Notes under the pieces: model-generated | Database searches by the model: none | Seen by the model: only the letters and a program-made list of their open reading frames with translations | Told to the model about the DNA's origin: nothing | In this document: positions 52,810-64,000 of the stretch, in pieces | Position numbering within the stretch: the first letter of the stretch is position 1 | How the letters are laid out: the number at the start of each line of letters is the position of its first letter | From: Nymphaea colorata | Lineage: Eukaryota | Assembly: GCF_008831285.2 (NCBI RefSeq) | Contig: NC_045138.2 | Location: 16,492,001 to 16,556,000 of the forward strand | DNA: 64,000 nt | Reading direction: 5' to 3' | Position numbers and translations under genes: made by a program

Positions 52810-54500
52810 TCACCAAGCATATGTATTATTTTATATATTGGTTTTTAGTAGTAGGTGAACATAAAGAAAGTTGGTGGTCTTGTAATAATGAATACTACTA
52901 CACACATTCTTTCTCAAAAGAATAATAAAGACATGCAGTGATTTGTTGTTTGTTTCATATTAAGAGTCTTGGCTTATAAGCTAATGGAATTCTTTTGTAC
53001 TCAATTTTAATAAATCTTTGGTTTATCATTTTACTTCTATGCCTAATCATTGAAAAAAGATAGGCATGAAAGAAAAAAAAAAAAAGCCATAGGAGGGATC
53101 GAAATCTTACCATTCATATCAAATTACGCTTGGATTTGGGAACAGGGCAAGTAAACACTATGTGGGTCTGTTCTTCACATCCCCTCTTGTACAACTTGCA
53201 CATGGAAGCCATTGAAATACCCAATCCTTGCAGCCTTCCATCCGCAACCGGCCGATTAAAACTGCTGATACACGAGGAATCGAATCCGTCCTCCAGACCC
53301 ACCATGAGCGAATTCAACTTAACCCCTTTTATTCTCTCCACGCGGCAAATTCATGTAGTAGGAATGTGTATGCGCACATATGCATGAAAATAATTGTTTC
53401 TGTGAATTATTTCTATCTAAAACAGAGTGGAGAAATAGAAATAACAATAGAAGTACTCAATCCACATTCAATCCAACCGTGCGAACACAAATGAATCCCA
53501 TCAATTTATATATGATATTTCTCAAAAAAAAATCTTGAATATAAATAAAAGTAATGCCTAAGGAAATTAATTCTAACCTATTCCAGTGTCCTAACTGATA
53601 AAGCTACCCTAATTTCCCTCTCACTCGGGCCATGAAATACTCTACATAAGATCCATGTAGGAGGGAAATTAAGGTAGCTTTATCAGTTAGGACACTAGAA
53701 TATGTTAGAACTAATCTCCTTAGGCATTACTTTTATTTCTATTCAAGATTATTTATTTGTTTTTTTGTTGAGAAATATCATATATAAAATTGATGACATT
53801 CATTTGTGTTCACATGGTTGGGTTGAATGTTGATTGAGTAATTCTATTTTTATTTCTATTTCTCCACTCTGTTTTAGATATAAATAATTCACAGAAACAA
53901 GTATTTTCATGCAGATGTGCCCATACAGATTCCTACTACATGAATTTGCCGCGTGGAGAGAATACAAGAGGTTAAGATGAATTGGCTCGTGGTGGGTCTG
54001 GAGGACGGATTCGATTCCTCGTGCCTGCTGGTTTGTATATATCAGCAATTTTAATCGTCTGGTTACTGATGGAAGGCTACAAGGATTGGGAATTTCAATG
54101 GCTTCCGTGTGCAAGTTGTGCAAGAGAGGATGTGAAGAACAGACCCACAAAGTGTTTACTTGCCCTGTTCCCAAATCCATGGGTAATTTGATATGAATGG
54201 TAAGATTTCGATCCCTCCTATGGCTTTTTTTTTTTTTCTTTCATGCCTATCTTTTTTCAATGATTAGGCATAGAAGTAAAATGATAAACCAAAGATTTAT
54301 TAAAATTGAGTACAAAAGAATTCCATTAGCTTATAAGCCAAGACTCTTAATATGAAACAAACAACAAATCACTGCATGTCTTTATTATTCTTTTGAGAAA
54401 GAATGTGTGTAGTAGTATTCATTATTACAAGACCACCAACTTTCTTTATGTTCACCTACTACTAAAAACCAATATATAAAATAATACATATGCTTGGTGA

Positions 54501-54887
54501 TCAATTTCTAGAGAGACCAAGGCCCAAAAGCCTGCGACTGGAGGCACTTGACTTTAGGCAGCTTGGTGGAGACACAGAGCCACTTGAACTCCCAAATGCA
54601 TGATCACATGAGGCTTTAGCAGGCTGGCCCTTGTATGTCAGCTGCACGTTAGACATCTTGATCCCTTGGCACGGCGCGCTAGCGCTGCATGAGAAATCGA
54701 CCGCCACTTGGGTCGCTGATGTTCCCTTGATGTTGTTATATGTCACTTGCGAGATCTTCACCCCCGAGTTCTGTGTGACAACAAAGATCGATCATGTTAA
54801 ACAACTAGAGGTTGTTCATGAATTACTAACATCTATGAACAATTTCAGGATATTGAACTCTTAAGTTGTCTAAGTGCAAGAGGCAGT

Positions 54888-54949
<62 letters not shown>

Positions 54950-56317
54950 AACTGATCTTGAGAGTAGCTTTTACATAATTTTAAGTTGGATAAGACCCCA
55001 AAAGATCTGAAAGTTATGAATTCGTGAATGCAGCAGCACCTGATTAGAGCATCCTTGGTTGTTAGGGCAGTAGTGCTGGTCTATGATGATGGGGTTGGCG
55101 ACATTGTTCATCGTCGCGCCATCGAACACGATTCCTTTGGCGAAACCAGTGCTGCTTCTTGCCCATGATTTTATTCTTAGGCCATTGGTAGACCCACTGA
55201 ACATCACATTCTTCACTGTTACATTCTGCACCCCAGCTTCATTGGCAGCCTTCCCTAAGCTCCCGACACTGTCAACAATATCAAATTAACACTGTTACAT
55301 GTGAATGCATACACACTGCATACAAACACAAACAAAGCATACTTTGTCCTGATTATATGTGCTGCTCTTTTGTTCAGTCTTTTAATTACCTGATTCCATG
55401 TCCAGGTCCACAAGCTATTTTCTCAATCCACAAGTTTTGGGTTCCTGAACCAATAGATATGCAGTCATCTCCTGTCTTGATATTAGAATTTGTGATTGTA
55501 ACGCCCGTCGATTGCTCCACGTGGATACCATCTGTGTTGGGGCTTGTGCTCGATGCCGTGATCTTCAGTCCATCAACTTTCACATTGATGCATGTATCAA
55601 TGACGATGTGAAAGAGTTCACTATTAACCGAGGTGAGGCCTGTCAACGTAATGTCCCTTGAGTTGATGAACACTAACGACTGCAATATTTAAGAGACAAG
55701 ATGTTGCATGTGTATGAGAATTCTCACATGTATATCGTCAAAAAAAACAATAAATAACGATATTGATAACTAAGTTTGTTAGGAAAATGAATGAGATATT
55801 GGAACCACTTCTAAGAAACCAAAGGCAATGAACTTATTTATTTAGATTGTCCATTTAAAACATAATCCTAGATCTCACTTACGCTTGCTCCATAAGGACA
55901 CTTTCCTTTGCCAGCCTTACAAGTCCACAGTGCTGAACCCTTTCCATCTATGTACCCTCCTTGGAAAGACAACCCTTTAACATTGTTGAACTTCATGATG
56001 TAGCCTGCGGCACCATACAAGTTATAGTCGGTCGATGCGATCAGGTTGCCGTCGACCTGCACGACAATCTTGCCATTTGTGCATGGGCCAGAGAAGAGAG
56101 TTGGATGCAGCAAGAATTGGCCAGAAGGCACGTACAGGGTTGCGGGCTGTGATGCCGAGCATACAGCAGACCATGCTTTTCTAAGAGCACCACTGTTATC
56201 GGTCACTCCATCTGCTTGAGCACCATAGCTCATAATGCTAAAGGTTGCTCCATTCACCAATTGGAGAAAGGCTAAAGTAACAAGAAGAGAAAGCAAGAAA
56301 CTGCACTTGTGAGCCAT
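54501..56317 (-). CDS. Polygalacturonase GH28, copy PG4; exons 56317-55883, 55679-55390, 55268-55040, 54770-54501 (407 aa)
   Basis: Same exon sizes and catalytic motifs; near-identical inverted partner of PG3. Confidence 0.95.
54892..54948. repeat. Compound (TG)n(TA)n microsatellite in PG4 intron 3
   Basis: Directly visible; much shorter in PG2, PG3 and PG5. Confidence 0.95.
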
Positions 56318-57823
56318 GATAAGAAATGATCCAACTGAAGCAGGTTTAGAAACGCCCCTTTGTGTTTCAGTACTGTAGTTTCTGATGGTGGCGATAACTG
56401 TGTGGTTGTGTTGCACTATGAAGCCTCCTTGTGGTTGCTATATATAGAGGTTCTTAGTGGTGATGATGCATAGTTTGTCGTCTTCATCTTCAGATGTTGT
56501 GGGAACAAATGCAAACCTTGTTCATTTGATTACGAACGAGATAGAGAATCACGTTTGACAATCACTTGTCCATTAATATATGTGTTGACAAACACATGAA
56601 TATTTGTCTCAAAAAGAATTACTGCACTATAAATCATATGTAAGTGGTACTTCTTTTGTGGTCAAGGATGGGATCTTCCCCGATAGCTACCCTTTGAGAT
56701 TAAGCTTGCAGTTTATTTTCTTTGATGGACGGTCTTGGACGAGGACGCGTTTATGTTTTCTATGATCTCGAGAGGGATCATATATGTGGTGCGGCTTTAA
56801 TGGCATAAGTCAAAGGATAGCAGACTTGTAAGCACCCTGTACTCTTCTTCCTTATGGATTATGCTACTATTCAGTTCGTTTGGTTAAAGATAGAATTATG
56901 TTTCACAATAACTTGAGTTTTTCTGCTTAGAGATATATGGAATCATGTTTCACAATAACTTGTCATTTACGTTCTTATCTTGTTAGTATTTCGCTCTAAG
57001 TGGTTATTATGGTGTTCTCAATCTATTTGACATGAATATTCTCCAGAGTCTTCATGTCCCCAAATTTGTTCATACCAGACACGGCTCAGTGGAAATTCAG
57101 GGTGATAGATGCACGTGAAGATTTCACATCACCTTGCTAAATAAGGTCTAAATGACCAATATAGGTAGCGTGTTGATTTGTGAGGTTATAGTTTCTCGTT
57201 AAAATTGCTCGATCTCGAGAAACAAATCGCTAGCCGACCGTGTATTTACGACTATGTCTTCAACTTGACCACTTTTTTTTTCGTCAATTTAGCCGCTTCT
57301 TTTTTGTCACATCATCATTAAACAGACGGCTGGCTGGCTATTTGTTTCTCGAGATCAAGCAAATTTAACGAGAACCTCACAAATCAATCAAAATCGCATG
57401 TGAATTGGGTCTACCGAACTTAATCATATCGGTCATTTAGGCTCCATTTAGCTAGGTGATGCCGTGTCTGTTGCGGCCAAATTTTGAGACATGACTCTAG
57501 AGAATATTCCTGCCAAATAGATGCAAAACACCATAATAACCACTTAGAGAGAAATTCTAACTAGATAAGAACATAAATGACAAGTTATTGTGAAACATGA
57601 TTCTATCTGTAATCACAAAACTCAAGTTATTGTGAAACATGATTCTGTCTTTAACTAAACGACCTGAATAATAGCATAAGCCATAAGGATTAAAGGATAG
57701 AGTGCTTACTACTCTATAAATTGGCATCGAAAGCATCTAGGTTGCATCAACAACATCACCCTTCTCAGAAACTACAGAAACACAGAGTTTTCTCTCACAA
57801 ACCTTAGTTCCGCTCCGCCTGCT

Positions 57824-59594
57824 ATGATGGCTCACAACAGTGTCTTGCTTTCCCTTCTCATTACTTTGCCCTTTCTCCATTTGGTGAATGGATCAACCTT
57901 TAGCATAATGAGCTATGGTGCCAAAGCAGATGGAGTGACCGACAATAGTGCCGCTTTTCTAAAAGCATGGTCTGCGGCTTGTTCCGCATCACAGGCCGCA
58001 ACGTTATACGTGCCCTCCGGCCAATTCTTGTTGCACCCTGCCCTCTTTTCTGGTCCATGCAAAAACAGCAAGATCATCGTGCAGGTCGACGGCAACTTGA
58101 TCGCATCAACCGACTATAAATTGTATGGTGCCGCAGGCTACATCATGAAGTTCAACAATGTGAAAGGATTGTCTTTCCAGGGAGGGTACATAGATGGAAA
58201 GGGATCAGCACTATGGGCTTGTAAGGCTGGCAAAGGAAACTGTCCCTATGGAGCAAGAGTAAGTGACATGTAGGCCTTGTGTCTTCAATAGACAGACTAC
58301 ACAAGTTAGTTGCTATTATCAATTTCTTAGAAATGATTTCTATGATAAACTTAGTTATCAACTATATATGTAAGTCATATCCATAATCCATATGACAGTT
58401 CTTGTACATATGAATTAACATTGTGTTTCTTATTTGCAGTCGTTAGTGTTCAGCAATTCAAGGGACATTACATTGACAGGCCTCACCTCTGTCAATAGTG
58501 AGCTCTTTCACATTGTCATTGACACATGCACCAATGTGAAAGTTGATGGACTGAAGATCACGGCATCAAGCACAAGCCCCAATACAGATGGTATCCACGT
58601 GGAGCAATCGACGGGCGTTACAATTACAAATTCGAACATCAAGACAGGAGATGACTGCATATCTATTGGTTCAGGAACCCAAAACTTGTGGATTGAGAAA
58701 ATAGCTTGTGGACCTGGACATGGAATCAGGTAATTGAAAGACTGAACGCATGAGTTGCACATATAATTCAACAAATCATGTGCCTAAACAAAATATGCTT
58801 TGTTTGTGGGTGTTTGCATGTGTGTGTGCATTCACATGCAGCTTCACGTGTAAGTTTGAATATGATGGACGGTTAATTTGATATTGTTGGCAGTGTTGGG
58901 AGCTTAGGGAAGACTGCCAATGAAGCTGGGGTGCAGAATGTAACAGTAAAAGATGTGGTGTTCACTGGGTCTACCAATGGCCTAAGAATAAAATCATGGG
59001 CTAGAAGCAGCACAGGTTTCGCCAAAGGAATCGTGTTCGATGGTGCGACGATGAACAATGTCGCCAACCCCATCATCATAGACCAGCACTACTGCCCTAA
59101 CAACCAAGGATGCTCTAATCAGGTGCTGATGCATTCACCAATTCATAACTTTTAGATCTTTTGGGGTCTTATCCAACTTTAAATTATTTAAAAGCTACTC
59201 TGAACATCATTATATATATACATGTATATATACATACATACACACACTGCCTCTTGCACTTAGTGTTAGTAATTCATGAGCAACCTCTAGTTGTTTAAGA
59301 TGTTCGATCTTTGTTGTCATACAGAACTCTGGGGTTAAGATCTCGCAAGTGACATACAACAACATCAAGGGAACGTCAGCGACGCAAGTGGCGGTGGATT
59401 TCTCATGCAGTGCTAGCGCGCCATGCCAAGGGATCAAGATGTCTAACGTGCAGCTGACATACAAGGGCAATCCTGCTAAGGCCTCGTGTGATCATGCATT
59501 TGGGAGTTCAAGTGGCTCTGTGTCTCCACCAAGTTGCCTTAAGTCAAGTGCCTCCAATCGCAGGCTTTTGGGCCTTACTCTTTCTGCAAATTGA
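57824..59594 (+). CDS. Polygalacturonase GH28, copy PG5; exons 57824-58258, 58440-58729, 58894-59122, 59325-59594 (407 aa)
   Basis: Same exon sizes and catalytic motifs; near-identical inverted partner of PG2. Confidence 0.95.
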
Positions 59595-60850
59595 TTGCCC
59601 TGCGTGCCTACATATTCTTTGATTGGTTTTAAGTACAATGTAAGCATTTATAAAGAAAGTTGATGGTCATGAAATAATGTATTAATGTGTACACACATGT
59701 TCTTTCTTAGAAGTAAAAATAAAGCAGTGATTTGTTATTTGTTCTGTATTTAGCACTTGAAGAGAGAAACAGGGACAAAGAGAGCTGGAGATATTATGCC
59801 AATGATTTTACCCTGAACAACTTTCAAAGAGCATTTTTGATACCTCTGGAGATAAATATTTGTTCTTGGTGGATTTTGGAAATCGATTCCATATATGTTG
59901 GAGACGGAGAGAGACCATGAATATTATCCGGTGACCGAGCAATTTAGCCATTTTTAGTTGGTTCTTCAAAAATTCAACCACAAACTACAAAATAACCGAA
60001 ATATTATATTCTAAATATACAAATGTTATCATGGATTACCATGCCAAGATCGTTATAATAATTAACGGCAGGGGCCTTAAATTACCTTTTTCATACAATT
60101 ATGTTTTTCTTGAATAAAATTGTAGCAGAATAAGGAAAAGAACATTGATATGAACATTCATGTTTTTTGAACAATATCAAAACTTTAAATCCTTTTCTGG
60201 TTACCACCAATATCTTTAAGTTTTAAAATTTTTTTATTAAAAAGCTATAAATAATGACATTTTAATATTCATTTCTTTGTATATCCGTCGATGCAGGCGA
60301 TTTCAGCCCCTTTCGGCGATTATTTGGAAAAGGCCGTTTCCAACTCCTAGTTTTCATTTCCTTGCTGTTGCGAATTTGAACTTGAATAGACAAGAATGAA
60401 CAATTCGGAAACTTAGAATCATGTTTCCCGTTTTACTACACAAAGTTTTTTCCTCATGAAAGAAAGGAAAAATGGGAAAATATTCAAAATTTGAAAATAG
60501 AAAATAATTATGGTAAATAAAGTAATCCCAGAAGTCTCCAGAACCCAATTAAAATCAAATACGCTTAAAGTAAATTAACTACAAACGCAGGAAATGGAGA
60601 GATGAAAGTGACTTACAGCCTACAGGTGGCGATTGATGCAAAAAAGTAGAATTGGCAAAAACAAGAAAACCAAGTCGAGAGGCGGTGCCGCACCTGGAGA
60701 AACGAAAGTCTTTGCAACTCTCTATCTCTTATCCGTTTTAGAGCTTTGCAATTTGCGTCTTAGCCTCAGATGACCGAAATGAAGATTTTGTGACGATGGC
60801 TCTTTTGTTTGAGTAGGGAAGGAGGGTGCGGGAGCGTGTCTTGCGGGCAT

Positions 60851-60991
60851 ATGGCGTCGAGGAAGAATCTGGCTGCAGACGCTCCATGGAGGGCAGCGCC
60901 GACAGGAAAACCCCTCCCCAAGATCCACCAATCTCCCATTCTCCGTGTATCGTCCGATCCCCAATGCTCCTATGGCCTCGCTGTCATGAAG

Positions 60992-61055
<64 letters not shown>

Positions 61056-62663
61056 GTTGGTATCTTCTGTACTCTCTGTCTCTCGCGGCTGTTTGATGTT
61101 GGTATCTTCTGTTTCTGAAGCATTCGAACCCCGTTGGCAACGGATTTGCGAGTGAAGCTCGATTGGAGTCGGCGGGGCCCGAGTGTATCGTTCCCGGACA
61201 AGTTAAACCCGTTAGACTGCTGGGCTTGAAGGTTTTATCCGGAATCCTCCAGTTCCCTGTTTTTAGATTCAGTTCTTTTGTATGGAAAAGCTCTCATGGG
61301 TCACTTTTAAATTTGGTTTTTCGCCCGTTCTTGAGAAAGAGTCTGGTTATGAATTTGGCAGGGCAGTGCTTTTACGGCTTTCTTGCTTACATAGGAGTCC
61401 TGGTGGTGCGTAGATTGTTTTTTTATGGATTTCATGCTTATCGGCAAGTCATGGGTGGTGCTTGGATTGTGATAGTATGATGTTGGCTATAATTGCTTGA
61501 CGAGCCTAGCTTAGATCCTGAAGATATTTTCTTTCTTTGGACTGTGAAACATTATTCCATACATTATGTTCCATGTACTTCTCAAATGCTTCTTGAACAC
61601 CTCTTCCTTTCCTCTTCATCTGCTGTTTTCCAATTGGTTCCTGTTCATATTAACTAAAGATTTTAGATGCCTTCTTTGGAGTTATTAGTAATAGCTTAAA
61701 GGTGCAGAATGCTTAGTCGGGTGACCAGCATGGAAGGAAGTCGTAGAGTGCCTGATTCCTAGTGTTCTACCAACGAATAATATGTTGTAAAATCTGACTT
61801 GCTTCGCTTCATTATATTGTTGTTCTCTATGCATATTTTGGCTTCTCTTTGTTAATTCAAATGTGGATATTTGGTATAGGTCATCTAAATTTTTCCTTCT
61901 GAAGTTATCAGTAAGGAGCTTCTTTTATTTTTTTAAAATGAATGAAAAATGTGGATGTTAACACTCTCGTTTTAGTTATCACTAGTCTTGTATACAGCCA
62001 TAGATAGGGTGTCTTCTATTGGTTGTGCAAACGAATCCTTTAAGTGGTCGAACTTAACATTTACGACAAGCATGTTTTTTTTTTTTTTGATGCCTTCCCT
62101 TGGTCGATGCCTTCCCTTGGTCTTTTGCAACACAATTTCTAGAACTTAGTGTTTCCTTTTTCACATTCGGCAATGCATGAGGCAAGCACCTGAGGAAACA
62201 TCACTATCTCAGGAAAGCATAGACTCAATCAAAGGTGAGATTAGATTTTTCTTCTATCGATGGCTTAATGGAGGTGCACATGTGTTTGCACTCTCTCACA
62301 GTTCACACATTGTCAAATAAACTCGACATAATTCGATTGACAGTTAAGCTTTTTTTGTGCTCTTTGTGCTTTGTTTGTTGTTTAAAATCATCAATGTTCC
62401 TTCCAAGTTCACTATATTTCCAATTTGAAGAGGATTTTGTATCGTCCTTTTCTCCTTAGCATTTTGTACTGCCACTGGAACTTCTCTTTGTTGCATTTTA
62501 TTTATTATTTTATTTCCTTTGACAACTGTGTGTTTTACCCTACTTTCTTTCCAGGTTTGGTTTTATTGTAAGTAATTTTCTTCCTTCTTTGCAGGTATGG
62601 CCTGTCAGTGTTAGCTTTAAATTCTTGGAGCCTATTGGACGAGAAATGAAAGCTATGGGAAAG
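60851..62663 (+). CDS. Small plant protein of unknown function, 3'-incomplete; exons 60851-60991, 61121-61231, 62595-62663
   Basis: Three phase-0 exons splice to MASRKNLAADAPWRAAPTGKPLPKIHQSPILRV...YGLAVMK|HSNPVGNGFASEARLESAGPECIVPGQVKPVRLLGLK|VWPVSVSFKFLEPIGREMKAMGK|. I recall it as a conserved uncharacterised plant family. No stop exon found in the window. Confidence 0.8.
60995..61052. repeat. (CT)n microsatellite in intron 1 of the small gene
   Basis: Directly visible CT run. Confidence 0.97.
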
Positions 62664-63479
62664 GTATAATTTATTATCTAGATTCTGAAGTTCTGAACAG
62701 TGCTACATGTCTATATTTTTCCTGCACTAGAATGGACTCGTGTTCAAATTGCTGAATTCTGTTGTAAATGTTTTTTGCTTGTCAAGTCACGGTTTTCAAA
62801 GTATTTGGGAAATGTGCTTCACAAAAGATTTAGGTTCTTGTTAAATGACAACATGCTCCATCAGTTAATCAACAAATTCTATGTTGGAGATAGTTTATGA
62901 TCTTTTAGTTCAGTACCTTAATTTTTTCAGCAGAATTTTGTTAGTAAGCTGTTGATATCTTATACCAACAGTTTGATGGACTTGTTAGGTTCAACAGAAG
63001 GGTGTTCCCTCAATTTCTGCCATAAAACTAATAACATGCTTAACTGTTGAACAAATAACAAAAGCTCGCACTGTTTAGATATTTTACATTTGATCACTTG
63101 AATTAAAGTATGCATCACACAAAGTATGTGGTCTCAAAATCGTTGAAATTGGAGTATACTCTTGATGTTTTACCAGAAGTTGCTGCCTTTTTAAAAATTG
63201 TTTCCAATGCAAACCTGTGGGAGGGAGGTCTCCCAGCCTTTTATTAACAAAAATTAAAGAAATACATATAGCAGGATTTACAAAACAACAAAAACAGGGA
63301 ATCATTCAAAAAGACCCCTTAAGGAAATTAACCTATATTAGGGGACAACGATTGCATTCAACAGAAGAATTTAGTGGGAGGTTGAACATTAAAATTTTAA
63401 CAACCTCTGCACTAGGATTACACACTTAACCTAAATTTATCCATATACCCAGAAAGATATATACAGCCAAAACCTTGAG

Positions 63480-63947
63480 CTTAAGGTTCTTCAAGAACCA
63501 GTTCAGGCTCTTCTTCCATGTAGACGGTCCTGCTACTAACAAACTTCCACCTGAGGGTTTTTTTTACTTCTATCAATAAGGCCCTAGGTCCAGAAATAAT
63601 ATAACTGAACTCCATTCCCCCTTCCCTGGACCTCCAGTAAAACACCCTATAGCCATATTTAAAAAGGGCTTCTTCATTTCATTCAAATATGCTTCAGTGA
63701 CCATCACACGAGGAATACCATCAACGATTCGTACCTTATCAGTTTTATCGACCTCCATTGAATCCTGTTTCAGCAAGCTCGCCCATGATTTTAGAGGAGG
63801 AGGCTTAGCCTGCATCTCCCTCATGGCTTCTGAAATAAGGTTCTGCTGAATGACTATGTCACGATTCACTTGTTCATTGTCCCCTGGTTTCAGCTGCATG
63901 CCCTGCACGTATTCCTCTGTTAGCGTTGCCAGCCAGTTTCCGTTCAC
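63480..63947 (-). mobile_element. Probable degenerate LINE (L1-like) ORF1 remnant, antisense in an intron
   Basis: KSWASLLK...DGIPRVMV...EMKKPFLNMAIGCFTG resembles the start of plant L1 ORF1 (DUF4283-type); reading frame breaks downstream. Confidence 0.5.
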
Positions 63948-64000
63948 ATTACCAGACCCAGTGACAGTGAGGGCGACGCCCTTGCTGGGTTCTTCAACAC

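Larger units (their letters stand above)
47390..59594. repeat. ~12-kb inverted repeat (arms ~47390-53620 and 53661-59594) containing PG2-PG3 | PG4-PG5
   Basis: PG2/PG5 and PG3/PG4, including introns and promoters, are reverse complements; the arms meet across a 40-bp spacer at 53621-53660. Confidence 0.93.

Noticed and set aside
46845..54191. Recurrent ORFs MDLGTGQVNT.../MERIK.VK... in the PG 3' flanks
   Set aside because: Mostly non-ATG starts, frames broken differently in each copy, no recognisable family; duplicated non-coding DNA.
49470..57510. GAATATTC (P1BS match) in the PG2-PG5 promoters
   Set aside because: The four hits are duplicates of one site, it is not seen at the equivalent PG1 position, and the motif is common by chance.
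43166..59470. Repeated ORFs antisense to PG exons ([13 protein letters not shown]..., MPSTCT..., ...[12 protein letters not shown]...)
   Set aside because: Shadow frames of the GH28 exons; they recur only because the genes are duplicated.

Overview
Eukaryotic (flowering-plant) nuclear DNA with intron-containing genes, so the ORF track shows only exon fragments. Left to right: the 3' exons of NOP10, mitochondrial ATP10, PHF1 (SEC12-like, with a GC-AG intron and an upstream P1BS), a 3.6-kb solo-LTR-like insertion with a 5-bp TSD, a nodulin-like/NFD4-family MFS transporter, a mosaic plastid-derived insertion (ndhF+psbB+rpl16 pieces), several MITEs, a PP2A B' (B56) subunit, a cluster of five intact GH28 polygalacturonase genes (-,-,+,-,+), and the first three exons of a small plant gene whose third intron holds a probable LINE remnant. 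The most striking structure is the polygalacturonase cluster. Four copies form a ~12-kb palindrome whose centre (~53640) is a fold-back junction with a 40-bp loop. It also contains nested head-to-head inverted repeats, patchwork gene-conversion signatures, a doubled 24-bp promoter motif and an RRL(L/M)-bearing C-terminal tail. All family calls come from my recollection of protein families and by-eye alignment; no database search was run.
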